64,000 nucleotides of DNA, from positions 507-64,506 of IMG/VR virus record IMGVR_UViG_3300043478_000082; one strand, given 5' to 3'. The notes beneath the pieces were generated by a model. It did no database searches, was not told where the DNA came from, and saw nothing but the letters and a program-made list of their open reading frames with translations. This document shows, piece by piece, positions 28,462 through 37,103 of the stretch; position 1 is the stretch's first letter, and the number at the start of each line of letters is the position of its first letter. The translations under genes and the position numbers were made by a program. The stretch is from a virus.

Positions 28462-29397
28462 TCACTCCGGCTGCTGGAGGTCCTGCATCAGTGAGAACAT
28501 CGCCGCCATGTCGGAGCGCAGCTTGCGGAGCTGAGCCTTCAGGCTTGCGTTCTCCAGGAGGACCTCCTGGACGTAGAGGCGCAGGCCCTCGAAGTGCTGC
28601 GTCAGCAGGTCGGTGGGCTGCAACTCCGGCTCGACCAGCGGGGTCGGCTCGACCTCCTCGACGATCGGCTCTGGATCGGTGGGCTCCGGCTCAGGGGTGG
28701 GCTCCGGCTCAGGAGCAGTACCGTTCGTACCGGCCCGCTCACCGATCCGCTCCCAGTCTGGGTCCTTGCCACGCACCGCGGTGCGGACCTGATCCCGGTA
28801 GTTCGCTTCTGCCTCTCCATCGGCGATGTGCTTCTGGCGGTGACCGCCGAGCGACTTGGGCGAGGGGAACGCCGCAGTGCAGATCATGCACTCGTAGTCG
28901 ACGTGGCCGTCAGACCAGATTCGCTCGTAGCTTGCCGCCGACTGATAGGTCGTTGCGTTGCCGAGGTGCGCCATGTACGGCTCTCGGCTGAGGAGCGTGA
29001 CATCGCTGTCTGGGTCTACTTCGTCAGGCGTAGCGTCAGGGATCACGGAGTGCTCAGCTAGGTCGGTGATCACCCGGCGGTGATCGGGACTCAGCTTGGC
29101 CGTGTCGCAGATCCGGACCGCTACCTCCAGCGGCAGGATGAACTCCGCAGTGTGCGTGGCGATCTTGTGGATCCAGGATCGGAACACGCCGAACTTCAGG
29201 TTCGTCCCATCGGGGATCTCGATGACCACCCCCTCCTTGCGATCCCCGTGGCGCAGGAGCGTGGCTCGGTTCGGCTTCTCGATCACGTCCCAGCCGAGAG
29301 ACGCGGCCAACAGGACCGTGGCGGCTGAGGCGTGCGAGTAGCGGTGGATGTCGCGTGGCACGAAGTGGGCGACGAGGAAGGTGGCCTGCGGACTCAA
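28462..29397 (-). CDS. Protein with HicA-like N-terminus, classical C2H2 zinc finger and C-terminal coiled coil
   Basis: CMICTAAFPSPKSLGGHRQKH fits C-x2-C-x3-F-x5-L-x2-H-x3-H. Start is uncertain (TTG 29397 overlapping the upstream TGA, or GTG 29361). Confidence 0.65.
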   Translation of the reverse strand: MSPQATFLVAHFVPRDIHRYSHASAATVLLAASLGWDVIEKPNRATLLRHGDRKEGVVIEIPDGTNLKFGVFRSWIHKIATHTAEFILPLEVAVRICDTAKLSPDHRRVITDLAEHSVIPDATPDEVDPDSDVTLLSREPYMAHLGNATTYQSAASYERIWSDGHVDYECMICTAAFPSPKSLGGHRQKHIADGEAEANYRDQVRTAVRGKDPDWERIGERAGTNGTAPEPEPTPEPEPTDPEPIVEEVEPTPLVEPELQPTDLLTQHFEGLRLYVQEVLLENASLKAQLRKLRSDMAAMFSLMQDLQQPE

Positions 29398-29630
29398 CGC
29401 AGTACCTCGACACCAGCAGACGCAAGCTTCGTCCACGTCCCATCGGTGCCGACGCCCCAGCCCTGGACGATGCGCCCGGTGATGCGAGCGACGTCGGTGC
29501 CCATGCCGTGATGGGCGAACGCCTCGTCCGTGGTGAGCTCAATGGCGATGACGCGCACGCGGTCATCGCTGTTGCAGAGCCAGAGGTCACCGGGCCGTAA
29601 CTCGTCGGCCCGGAGGTCTAGGTAGTTCAT
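29394..29630 (-). CDS. Small hypothetical protein
   Basis: ATG 29630 after ACAGGAAGGAC. Confidence 0.6.
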   Translation of the reverse strand: MNYLDLRADELRPGDLWLCNSDDRVRVIAIELTTDEAFAHHGMGTDVARITGRIVQGWGVGTDGTWTKLASAGVEVLR

Positions 29631-29666
29631 GTTCCGTCCTTCCTGTAGATGCGCTGTGGAACCACG

Positions 29667-29677
29667 TAAGTATACCA
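29667..29677 (-). promoter_or_regulatory. Early promoter motif TGGTATACTTA
   Basis: Intergenic copy upstream of 29630. Confidence 0.7.
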
Positions 29678-29918
29678 CGGTGGAGGGGTCGTTCGCAACG
29701 CGACGAACCCCCAGGAGGGCCGTCCTGGACAGGAAGGTGAACCAGGACGACCCACCGGGGGGTTCAGTCGTGACGACGCAGCTCCTCCATGAGACGGTCA
29801 CGGGAGCGGCGCCTCTCCAAACGCCGCTCCCGCTCCGCGTCGGCCCGGCGGCGATGTCCCCACGCCGCGTCGACGATGACGACGAAGATCAGCACGAGGA
29901 AGATCACTACGACCACCG

Positions 29919-30377
29919 CTACTCCTCGTCGCGCGGGAGGGAACCTGTCGCCAGCCAGGCGGTGAACTCGTCCTCGGTCATCGAGATCATCTCCGGGCCG
30001 GGCACCGTGTCGGCGTTGGCGACGATGGTCAGGCTCTGCCCGAGCCTGGTCGCCTCGGTCAGCACTGCTTGCCAGATGTTGGCGAGCTCACTGAACGCCT
30101 GCGCTGCTCCCACCGGTGGCGGGAGCGTGTCGCCCTCCTCGGTCATCTCGTTGGCGGTGAGCACCGCAGGACCGAACACCGGACGGCCCAGGCAGATCGA
30201 GCCGACCACGTTGAACTGACGGCCTCGCAGCAGGCCCTCGTCATCGACGAACGCAGCGACCGGTCCGTAGCCGCGGCAGATGTCGATCCAGTTGCCGATC
30301 GCCAGCTTGATCGCCTCGTACTCGTTGGGGATCCACGACCACGTCGCGTCCTCGTTGATGACCAGCAGCTCACTCAC
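29919..30377 (-). CDS. DUF3846-like protein
   Basis: AFVDDEGLL....N..GS......VFGPAVL pattern. Confidence 0.55.
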   Translation of the reverse strand: MSELLVINEDATWSWIPNEYEAIKLAIGNWIDICRGYGPVAAFVDDEGLLRGRQFNVVGSICLGRPVFGPAVLTANEMTEEGDTLPPPVGAAQAFSELANIWQAVLTEATRLGQSLTIVANADTVPGPEMISMTEDEFTAWLATGSLPRDEE

Positions 30378-30972
30378 CGACCGGCTCCGGCATGAGCAGC
30401 GCGGAGATATGGTCGCCCAGCATCTCGACGGCGATCTTGGCGATCGCCACCGGGACGGGACCGGGAGGACGGTTCCTGCGGGCTTCGTGGACGGTCTTGA
30501 CGACGTCCCGCATGGCGTTGGAGATCTCTCCCTCCGACATGCCCTCGATGTCATCGCGCTCGTAGCGATCTTCGACGTTGTAGACCAGGGTGTGCGTGGC
30601 GTTCAGGTTGTCGAGGTCGAAGACGATGACCATCAGGCCGGTCTTGACCGTGGTGTCGCCACCGAGCGCCCGCTTCTCCAGCGAGCCGCGTTCTAGATCA
30701 GCCAGCTCGCTCTCGTGGTCCGGCTTGCTGATCCACGTCTCGCTGAGCAGGACGATGTAGTGACCCTCGAACAGCGGGCCCAGGATGCTGCCGATGGCGT
30801 GCAGCGCTCCCGGCATCCCGTGGTTCTCCTGCGACACGACGGGGACCACCGACACCGCGGTGGTCTGGTCGGCGCCGAGGATGATGACCGCCGGGGCGAG
30901 TTCACCGTCACGTCCGTAGTTGGCGAGCGCCCCTTCGGCGTAGCGCTCAGCGAGTTCCTTGCAGCTCCTCAT
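30370..30972 (-). CDS. Hypothetical protein
   Basis: ATG after ACAGGAAGG and a promoter motif. Confidence 0.65.
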   Translation of the reverse strand: MRSCKELAERYAEGALANYGRDGELAPAVIILGADQTTAVSVVPVVSQENHGMPGALHAIGSILGPLFEGHYIVLLSETWISKPDHESELADLERGSLEKRALGGDTTVKTGLMVIVFDLDNLNATHTLVYNVEDRYERDDIEGMSEGEISNAMRDVVKTVHEARRNRPPGPVPVAIAKIAVEMLGDHISALLMPEPVGE

Positions 30973-31015
30973 CTTCTTCCTTCCTGTGTGTGAGTGGGGG
31001 CTACCCCATCGCCCG

Positions 31016-31026
31016 TAAGTATACCA
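31016..31026 (-). promoter_or_regulatory. Early promoter motif inside a 12-bp inverted repeat
   Basis: cccatcgcccgt-AAGTATACC-acgggcgatggg (31005..31037). Confidence 0.7.
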
Positions 31027-31056
31027 CGGGCGATGGGTCGCACCACCGCTTGGGAC

Positions 31057-32535
31057 CTAGCTGCCGTTGCTGGCGAGCTCGTACCTGTAGTCGCCGTCGC
31101 CGTCGACGACCCTGGTCCCGTGCACGGCCTTCTGGATCACCTCGCCCAGTGCGGCGCTGAGGTGGACGTCCACCCGCTCCTCGCTGGCGCCCTCCATCAG
31201 CCGGTACTGGTCACGCAGCGCGTCGGCGGCCAGGCAGATCGCCTCGGTGCCGATCGCCCCGATCCTGCCGTTGTTCAGCGTGATCGAGTAGCGGACGCTG
31301 CGGTCGAACACCTCCCGCACGAAGGCGGGCATGTAGCCCTCGCAGCGTCGATACACCTCGTCCCAGTCGACGTCTTCGTCGAGCGTGGCGATCACCCGCC
31401 GTCCCAACTGCTCGATCCCCGGCCGGTCCATCGCGCCGATCGAGATGACCGCACCGATGCGGCCCGGTCGCAGCATCCCCTTGTGGATGTCCTCGGCGTG
31501 GTTGGTGGTGAAGATGGTGAGCAGCCTCAGCCCCTTGGCCTTGATCCCGTCGAGCATGTCGAGGTGACGCTCGATGGTGTTGCCGGACTGCGGGCCCGCC
31601 ATCGTGTCCACGTCCTCCGCGAACACGACGGCGGGCTGGTACATCCGGGCCATCTCCAGCGTGGTGACGAGGTTGTCCCGCCCTGGTCGGCACATCAGGA
31701 ACGTCCACCCGTTGGCGACGGCGATCTGCGCCGTGAGCATGGCGGCACCGGTCTTGCCGGTCCCGTACGGCCCCTCCAACAGAGCGGCGAACTTGCCGTC
31801 CTGCCCGAGCGTGGCGAGCAGCTCGCTGTGGCGGATGAAGCACCACACGTCGCCCTCCAGGCGGCGCGTCACTGACTCGGTGAACACGAAGTCAGCCGGG
31901 TCGATCACGTCGACGTCGATGAAGTTCTCGCCGCCGTCGATCGCCTTCCCCTTGTAGATCGAGTTCTCCCGCAGGTGCTTCTCGATCAGCTTGAACAGGC
32001 CGTCGAGGTGACGACGCCACTTGCGCGGCGCCTCCACGGTGACGGAGAAGACCACGCCCAACTCGGGGTCCCTGGCGCTGCCAAGGTGGAGCGTGGCGCC
32101 GGACAGACCGGGGATCTGCATCGCTCCCCACGGCACCTGCTCGGTGTCGTCCTGGCCCGGTCCGGTCTTGATGTCGATGAGCTGGGGGAGCTGGCGCCCG
32201 AAGAACGTGTAGAGCGTCTTGCCCAGCGTGAACCCGGCGAACTCCTTGATCGCCAGGCGTGTCGCCCGAGCCCCGTCGTGGGGGCGGTACGGGAACACCT
32301 TGGTGAACTCGACGAGGTTCTCTTCGTCGTCGAGCCGCTTCTGGAGGAAGCTGATGCCGCTCTCCAGCGTGGCGTTGGCCGGGAGGATGTACTTCGTCCC
32401 GGTGAACACGATGTCGTCGTCGGTGTGAAGCCCACCACCGATCTCAGCGAGCCGAACGAGTGCCTCCTCGCGGAGCTGCTCCTCCTGGCTCTTCGGAACT
32501 TCGAGCTCCGAGCGCGGGCGGTTCTTGACTGCCAT
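31057..32535 (-). CDS. AAA+ ATPase (classic CDC48/FtsH-like clade)
   Basis: Walker A GPYGTGKT, Walker B VVFAEDVD, SRH TTNHAEDIHKGMLRPGRIG; ATG 32535 after ACAGGAAGGAC. Confidence 0.9.
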   Translation of the reverse strand: MAVKNRPRSELEVPKSQEEQLREEALVRLAEIGGGLHTDDDIVFTGTKYILPANATLESGISFLQKRLDDEENLVEFTKVFPYRPHDGARATRLAIKEFAGFTLGKTLYTFFGRQLPQLIDIKTGPGQDDTEQVPWGAMQIPGLSGATLHLGSARDPELGVVFSVTVEAPRKWRRHLDGLFKLIEKHLRENSIYKGKAIDGGENFIDVDVIDPADFVFTESVTRRLEGDVWCFIRHSELLATLGQDGKFAALLEGPYGTGKTGAAMLTAQIAVANGWTFLMCRPGRDNLVTTLEMARMYQPAVVFAEDVDTMAGPQSGNTIERHLDMLDGIKAKGLRLLTIFTTNHAEDIHKGMLRPGRIGAVISIGAMDRPGIEQLGRRVIATLDEDVDWDEVYRRCEGYMPAFVREVFDRSVRYSITLNNGRIGAIGTEAICLAADALRDQYRLMEGASEERVDVHLSAALGEVIQKAVHGTRVVDGDGDYRYELASNGS

Positions 32536-32642
32536 CTGGGTCCTTCCTGTAGGAAGCGGGACCGGAGTGTCCCTGTGCCAGCACCGAGCGCCCGCCCTCG
32601 GTGCTGACGCAGCGACACTCCGGTGGGTGGAGTGCCGCCGGT

Positions 32643-32852
32643 TCACACGCTCTTGAACAGCACTCGCTGCGTCTCCACGAGACGAGTTGCTGCGATCATC
32701 AGGGCATCGCGCCTGACCCCTTCGTCGGCCTTCTCCCAGGCCAGGTTCCACGCTCGCCACGCGGCGTTCTCTTCCTCGTCGGTGGCCTGGCAGTAGTCCA
32801 CCAGCACGCGGAACAGGTCTTGTGCTCGCATCTTGATCAGTGCTTCGGGCAT
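32643..32852 (-). CDS. Small hypothetical protein
   Basis: ATG after ACAGGAAGGAC and a promoter motif. Confidence 0.6.
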   Translation of the reverse strand: MPEALIKMRAQDLFRVLVDYCQATDEEENAAWRAWNLAWEKADEGVRRDALMIAATRLVETQRVLFKSV

Positions 32853-32897
32853 CTCCGGTCCTTCCTGTAACGGTCCCACGCCCTGCGGCGTTCTACT

Positions 32898-32908
32898 TAA
32901 GTATACCA
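32898..32908 (-). promoter_or_regulatory. Early promoter motif TGGTATACTTA
   Basis: Intergenic copy. Confidence 0.7.
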
Positions 32909-32992
32909 GCGGTGAGCCCTCACCGCCAACTCCATGAGTGGGCTCGCCGGACGTGGCGGCGGAAAGGCGACCTCGCCCGACGAACCCTCCCG

Positions 32993-33346
32993 CTACTCGT
33001 CAGCAGCAGGCCCCTCCCACCACGGTCCGTAGTGCCCGTGACGGAGCGCGGTGGAGATGGCGTCGTCATGCTCATAGCGCCGGACGTCGTGTACCCGGCC
33101 GATGCGGTAGTAGACCGCGGCAGGCATCTCGATCTCGTGTCCGTTGGAGTGGTCGATACATGTCACCAGCTCGTGCACCGCACCATCCGGCCACTCCACC
33201 CGCTCGGTCCGTTCGCACCAGGCGTGCGCGTGATGCTGCCCCTCGATCGGTCCCTGCCCCACGGCCGTGCCGTGAGCCAGCACGAGCGTCTCGTCCTCGC
33301 TGACCATGTGCAGGGCGACCTCGAAGCAGTTGCCTGTCGCCGTCAC
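32993..33346 (-). CDS. Hypothetical protein with GNC...HG...HAHAW motifs
   Basis: The Cys...His arrangement suggests a papain-like/transglutaminase-like or metal site. Family not confirmed. Confidence 0.5.
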   Translation of the reverse strand: MTATGNCFEVALHMVSEDETLVLAHGTAVGQGPIEGQHHAHAWCERTERVEWPDGAVHELVTCIDHSNGHEIEMPAAVYYRIGRVHDVRRYEHDDAISTALRHGHYGPWWEGPAADE

Positions 33347-34011
33347 GGGTACCGCCGGAACTTGCGCTGGACCTCACCCGAGACGTAGTGGTAGTCGGCG
33401 TTCATCAGCTCGGCTGCCTCGATCTCACGTCGGCACGTCATCTCGTACACGCCCGGTGACTTCATCCGTCCCCAGCGCAGGCTCCCGTCACTGCGGCGAC
33501 CACGCAGCGTCACGATCGCGCCGCAGTCCATGCAGATGCGCTCCTCGGGCTGATCACGTTCGACGCTCACTCCTCGTTCTCCTGGTCGTACACGACGGGC
33601 AGGCACGCGGCGCACACGTCCATGTCCTCGAACAGATCGAAGTCATCCGGCACGGTGATCGTGGCGCCACAGCGAGCACACATCGCCTGCTTCACGTCAC
33701 CACCTGCCAGGTCAGGAAGCCGCCGCTGCCGAGCGCGATCAGCGCGATCGACGGCCCGATGACACAGCCGCATCCGCAGCAGCCGAGTTGGTTCGTCGCT
33801 CGAACGTAGAGACGTACCAGCCAGCTCATTGCTCGATCCGATCGACTGCCTGTGACAGCGTGATGTCGACCGGCCACGGGAAGTCGTCGCACTCCTTACG
33901 GACGTACTCGGCCAGCCGGTTGCCGAGCTCTCGCACGGCGTTCTCGTCGGGCAGCTCGGGGTCAGCGAGCACCACGGTCAGCTCGGCGTAGATGACGTAG
34001 CGACGCTTCAT
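33343..34011 (-). CDS. Block of four short coupled ORFs (two CxxC proteins, one TM, one hypothetical)
   Basis: ORFs ending 33343, 33567, 33692 and 33826 with overlapping start/stop codons. Confidence 0.45.
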
Positions 34012-34430
34012 GACTCGTCCTCGGTTACGTCGCCGTTGGGCCACACGAAGATGATCCTCCGCTTCTGCTTGCGCGCGTAGCGGACCGTCGACCACGTGCC
34101 TGAGCGGCGGACCTCAGGTCCACGCGGGCAGGCGACGAGCACGTCGCAGAGGTCCACGATCTCCTTGTTGCGGGCGAGGAACGGGCGCTCCTCATGGATG
34201 ACGTCGGCCTCGCAGTAGGCGCGCTTGGCGGAGTGGGGACCGGGATGGGCGTGGCGCACGAAGCTGTGCTCCACGCAGCAGCGGTCGAACGCAGCGTCGG
34301 CCCCGACGCAGTCACCGTGATGGACCTCGACGATGCCCATCGCGTTGCGGATGCCCCCGAGCAGGAACCCCAGCGCGCTGACCTGTGCCGCCGGGAGTTC
34401 GTCCTGGGTGCCGGTGAAGCCGATGATCAC
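34008..34430 (-). CDS. SLOG-superfamily (DprA/Smf- or YpsA-like) protein
   Basis: IIGFTG, HHGDCVGAD, LARNKEIVDLCDVLVA, SGTWSTVRYA. Confidence 0.7.
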   Translation of the reverse strand: MIIGFTGTQDELPAAQVSALGFLLGGIRNAMGIVEVHHGDCVGADAAFDRCCVEHSFVRHAHPGPHSAKRAYCEADVIHEERPFLARNKEIVDLCDVLVACPRGPEVRRSGTWSTVRYARKQKRRIIFVWPNGDVTEDES

Positions 34431-34747
34431 AGCAGATCCCTCCGCCGCCGCTCCTCCATCTCGACCCGCGCCTCACGGCACGACACGCAGTCGCAGTCGT
34501 TCACGACCGGAGTGACCGCCGGGAAGTCCACCGAGCGCACGCGAAGGCGAGGAGTCGACAGGCGCTTGTTGTGGAAGCGCACGAAGACCTCGTACTCGCT
34601 GCACCACCCTCGCTTGTTGGCCTCGGCGTAGATCGCATCGGCGATGTGGGCGAGGTCGGCGAGGGCAGCTCGCAGCTCCTCCTGGATCGCCGCCTTCGTT
34701 CCGGGGTTCGGTGGAGCCTTGACTCCGGTCGCGGTGATGTCGGCCAT
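34427..34747 (-). CDS. Small hypothetical protein
   Basis: ATG 34747 after ACAGGAAGGAC. Confidence 0.6.
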   Translation of the reverse strand: MADITATGVKAPPNPGTKAAIQEELRAALADLAHIADAIYAEANKRGWCSEYEVFVRFHNKRLSTPRLRVRSVDFPAVTPVVNDCDCVSCREARVEMEERRRRDLL

Positions 34748-34791
34748 CTCCGTCCTTCCTGTAGGTGCGACGCCCCCCGTGGGCATCCCCA

Positions 34792-34802
34792 TAAGTATAC
34801 CA
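34792..34802 (-). promoter_or_regulatory. Early promoter motif TGGTATACTTA
   Basis: Intergenic copy. Confidence 0.7.
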
Positions 34803-34825
34803 CGGGGGACGGGTCACCACCAGCA

Positions 34826-35881
34826 TCACGACACTGCCGCCGGACCCTCCGGCTCCTCTTCCAGGACCGCCACGTCGGCCACGAAGTCGTGCCCGTCGTC
34901 GGTGAGCTCCAGGCTGTGCACCGTGGAGGATGAGCCGATGCGCTTCAGCAGACCAATGCCGACCGCATCGCTGATCGCCTGGACCGCCGTGCGTCGCCTG
35001 ATGCGTTCCTGGTGCTCCAGGTACTCCCGTGCCTCGGTGCTCGTCACCCGTCCGTACTTGCGCACGTAGACGAGCAGCGTGGTCAGCCGAGCGTCGTCAC
35101 CGAAGGCCGCCTTCTTGGCGTACATCAGCTCGATCTCGGTCTTCATCGCGCGGCGGATGAAGGTGACCTGCCCTCCGGTGATCGGACTCTCGGCCTCGAT
35201 CGGCACTCGGTTCACGTCGTACACCCAGCCGTGGTCGACCATGCCGACGTTCGACTTCACGACCCCGATGATCTTGGCGTCACCCCGGTGCCCGACGAAC
35301 AGGACCTGGCGGGCCACCGTGGACAGTCCGACCGAGCCGAGCATGGCGTTCACGGTCGGCTTCTTGATCTCCTTCGTCGTGTGGTGCACGGCGATGAGCG
35401 TGATGCCCCGTCGTGCGCAGGCGAGGATGACGGGCTTCAGCCGCTTCTGCACTCCGGCGTAGCTCGTCAGGCTGCCCGAGAACTGGGGAATCAGCGGGTC
35501 CAGGATCACGACCCTGGCCCCGGTCACCTCACAGGCGATCAGCAGCTCGTCCAGGTGGTCGGGGAGCACCAGGTCGTCGCGGCTGTGGATGAGCTTCATG
35601 TCCGCCCCGGCGACCAGCAGGTTGGGGAGGATGGTGACCTCGGGGTCGTCCTCAGAGTTGATCAGCAGGACTGGCGTGGGATGTCCGGCGTAGTCGCCCG
35701 GCAGCTCGCCCCGACTCAGCAGCGCGGCCAGGTGGGTGGTGAGCGTGGACTTCGACTCGCCCCCTGGCCCGACGATGAACGTCATCGTGGCCTCGGGGAT
35801 CATCGTCTCCCACACCCAGCGTCGGCGTGATGCCTGACGCTGAGCGAACGACCACGTCCCGGTGTTCTCCTCCTCGCTCAC
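34826..35881 (-). CDS. RepA/AAA_25-type (RecA-superfamily) replicative helicase with C-terminal wHTH
   Basis: FIVGPGGESKST, LINSEDD, VVILDP, AVHHTTKE, MLGSVGL..VARQV, IGVVKSN; GTG 35881. Confidence 0.8.
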   Translation of the reverse strand: MSEEENTGTWSFAQRQASRRRWVWETMIPEATMTFIVGPGGESKSTLTTHLAALLSRGELPGDYAGHPTPVLLINSEDDPEVTILPNLLVAGADMKLIHSRDDLVLPDHLDELLIACEVTGARVVILDPLIPQFSGSLTSYAGVQKRLKPVILACARRGITLIAVHHTTKEIKKPTVNAMLGSVGLSTVARQVLFVGHRGDAKIIGVVKSNVGMVDHGWVYDVNRVPIEAESPITGGQVTFIRRAMKTEIELMYAKKAAFGDDARLTTLLVYVRKYGRVTSTEAREYLEHQERIRRRTAVQAISDAVGIGLLKRIGSSSTVHSLELTDDGHDFVADVAVLEEEPEGPAAVS

Positions 35882-36042
35882 AGCTTCCTCAGGCGGGCGA
35901 CGAAGTGCTCGTCGAGCTCGTCGCCCTCGTTGAGGATGCGGGAGAGGTTGATCGCCGCGATCGCGGCGTGGTGAGCCAGCCCTCGCTGTCGCAGCGTGGC
36001 GTAGGCGGCGAGTGCTTCCCACTCGTCTGGCGTGAATGCCAT
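35878..36042 (-). CDS. Small hypothetical protein
   Basis: ATG 36042 after ACAGGAAGGAC. Confidence 0.55.
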   Translation of the reverse strand: MAFTPDEWEALAAYATLRQRGLAHHAAIAAINLSRILNEGDELDEHFVARLRKL

Positions 36043-36173
36043 GTCGATGTCCTTCCTGTGGACCCTGGTCGGGATGACCAGGAGTGGCGCGGCAGGTGCG
36101 ACCCTGCTGACCTCACGCGGAGCGCGCCGGTGAGCCGGAAGGGGACAACCCCCCTCCGGCTCACAGTGCACGG

Positions 36174-36692
36174 TCAGCCCGTCTTGCTGGGCTTCGCCGG
36201 AGCGTCGCCCTGGCGCTTCAGGTAGTCGACCCGGCCGCCCGTGTTCACCTTCCAGGTGTCGTCGGTGACCTTGGCCTTCCGCCCGAAGCTGTGGGTCACA
36301 GCCTCGGTGATGGCGGAGCACTGGATGCCCAGCGCCTCGGCGATCGAGCGGTAGCTCGGCGCCTCGCCGCCGTCCTGCGTGCGGAGCTGGCGCAGGTCCC
36401 ACACCAGCTTCTGGACCCACTCGACCTTGTGGCTCGTCCACATGCCCTTGGGATAGGTCTGGCCGAACGCCTCCTTGACGGGGTACTCGACCTGCGGGAA
36501 CTCACCGCCGTTGGCTCGCAGGGCCGCGGCGACCAGCGCCTTGCCCTTCGTGCCCAGCTCCGGCGCCCGACCCAGCGGGTAGCGGGGATCGGCCGGAGCC
36601 GCCTTCTCAGCCTCGGCCTTGGGGGCCTCGGTCGCGGGGGCCGGAGCCGCCGCCTTCTTCGTGGTGGTCTTGCCACCGTCCTGCTCTGCCAT
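36174..36692 (-). CDS. HTH-like DNA-binding protein with Ala/Lys/Pro-rich N-terminus
   Basis: SYRSIAEALGIQCSAITE helix-turn-helix; ATG 36692 after ACAGGAAGG. Confidence 0.6.
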   Translation of the reverse strand: MAEQDGGKTTTKKAAAPAPATEAPKAEAEKAAPADPRYPLGRAPELGTKGKALVAAALRANGGEFPQVEYPVKEAFGQTYPKGMWTSHKVEWVQKLVWDLRQLRTQDGGEAPSYRSIAEALGIQCSAITEAVTHSFGRKAKVTDDTWKVNTGGRVDYLKRQGDAPAKPSKTG

Positions 36693-36739
36693 CACTGGCC
36701 TGCCTTCCTGTATGCGGTCGAGCACCTTGCCCGATCTGC

Positions 36740-36750
36740 TAGGTATACCC
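36740..36750 (-). promoter_or_regulatory. Promoter motif variant GGGTATACCTA
   Basis: Degenerate copy upstream of 36692. Confidence 0.5.
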
Positions 36751-36857
36751 TACCTGTGGGGGAGCACCGGTTGCACTTCGCACCGGTGTGCCATGCGGCA
36801 CATGCCTGAGCGCTCCGCGTCCGGCACCCACCCGTGTCGGTGCCGGGGACGCAACGC

Positions 36858-36959
36858 TCAGCGTTCGAGCCGTCCGTTCGGTGCGGCGATCGCCCCGAGT
36901 GCGAGCATCACGCCGACGAGTGAGACGCAGACCAGCAGCGTCCCGTAGATGCGCTTCAT
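36858..36959 (-). CDS. 33-aa single-TM peptide
   Basis: Hand translation MKRIYGTLLVCVSLVGVMLALGAIAAPNGRLER*, directly after ACAGGAAGGAC. Confidence 0.5.
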   Translation of the reverse strand: MKRIYGTLLVCVSLVGVMLALGAIAAPNGRLER

Positions 36960-36993
36960 GCGCTGTCCTTCCTGTAGGAACCGGCGGTTGCCG

Positions 36994-37103
36994 GAGTGGG
37001 TGCCGAGGACTCGAACCTCGGTGACTGCCAGTCACCCGACGTGTGCCACAGAACCGAGCAGGGTGAGCAACGGGGTACGCACGCGCACAGTTCGCCCACT
37101 CAC
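36994..37103 (-). ncRNA. tRNA-like structured element (non-canonical)
   Basis: T-arm CGAGG-TTCGAGT-CCTCG and anticodon-like arm GGTGA-CTGGCAG-TCACC, closed by GAGTGGG/CCCACTC. No clear D-arm, variable loop or CCA. Confidence 0.3.

Noticed and set aside
29685-29765. Nested/alternative stems with a plus-strand ACAGGAAGG upstream of the 29667 promoter
   Set aside because: Plausibly just the terminator of the upstream unit; I could not assign a consistent fold or orientation by eye.
36994-37020. tRNA 3'-end-like sequence as an attP core
   Set aside because: No integrase or excisionase was recognised in the window and there is no terminal CCA.
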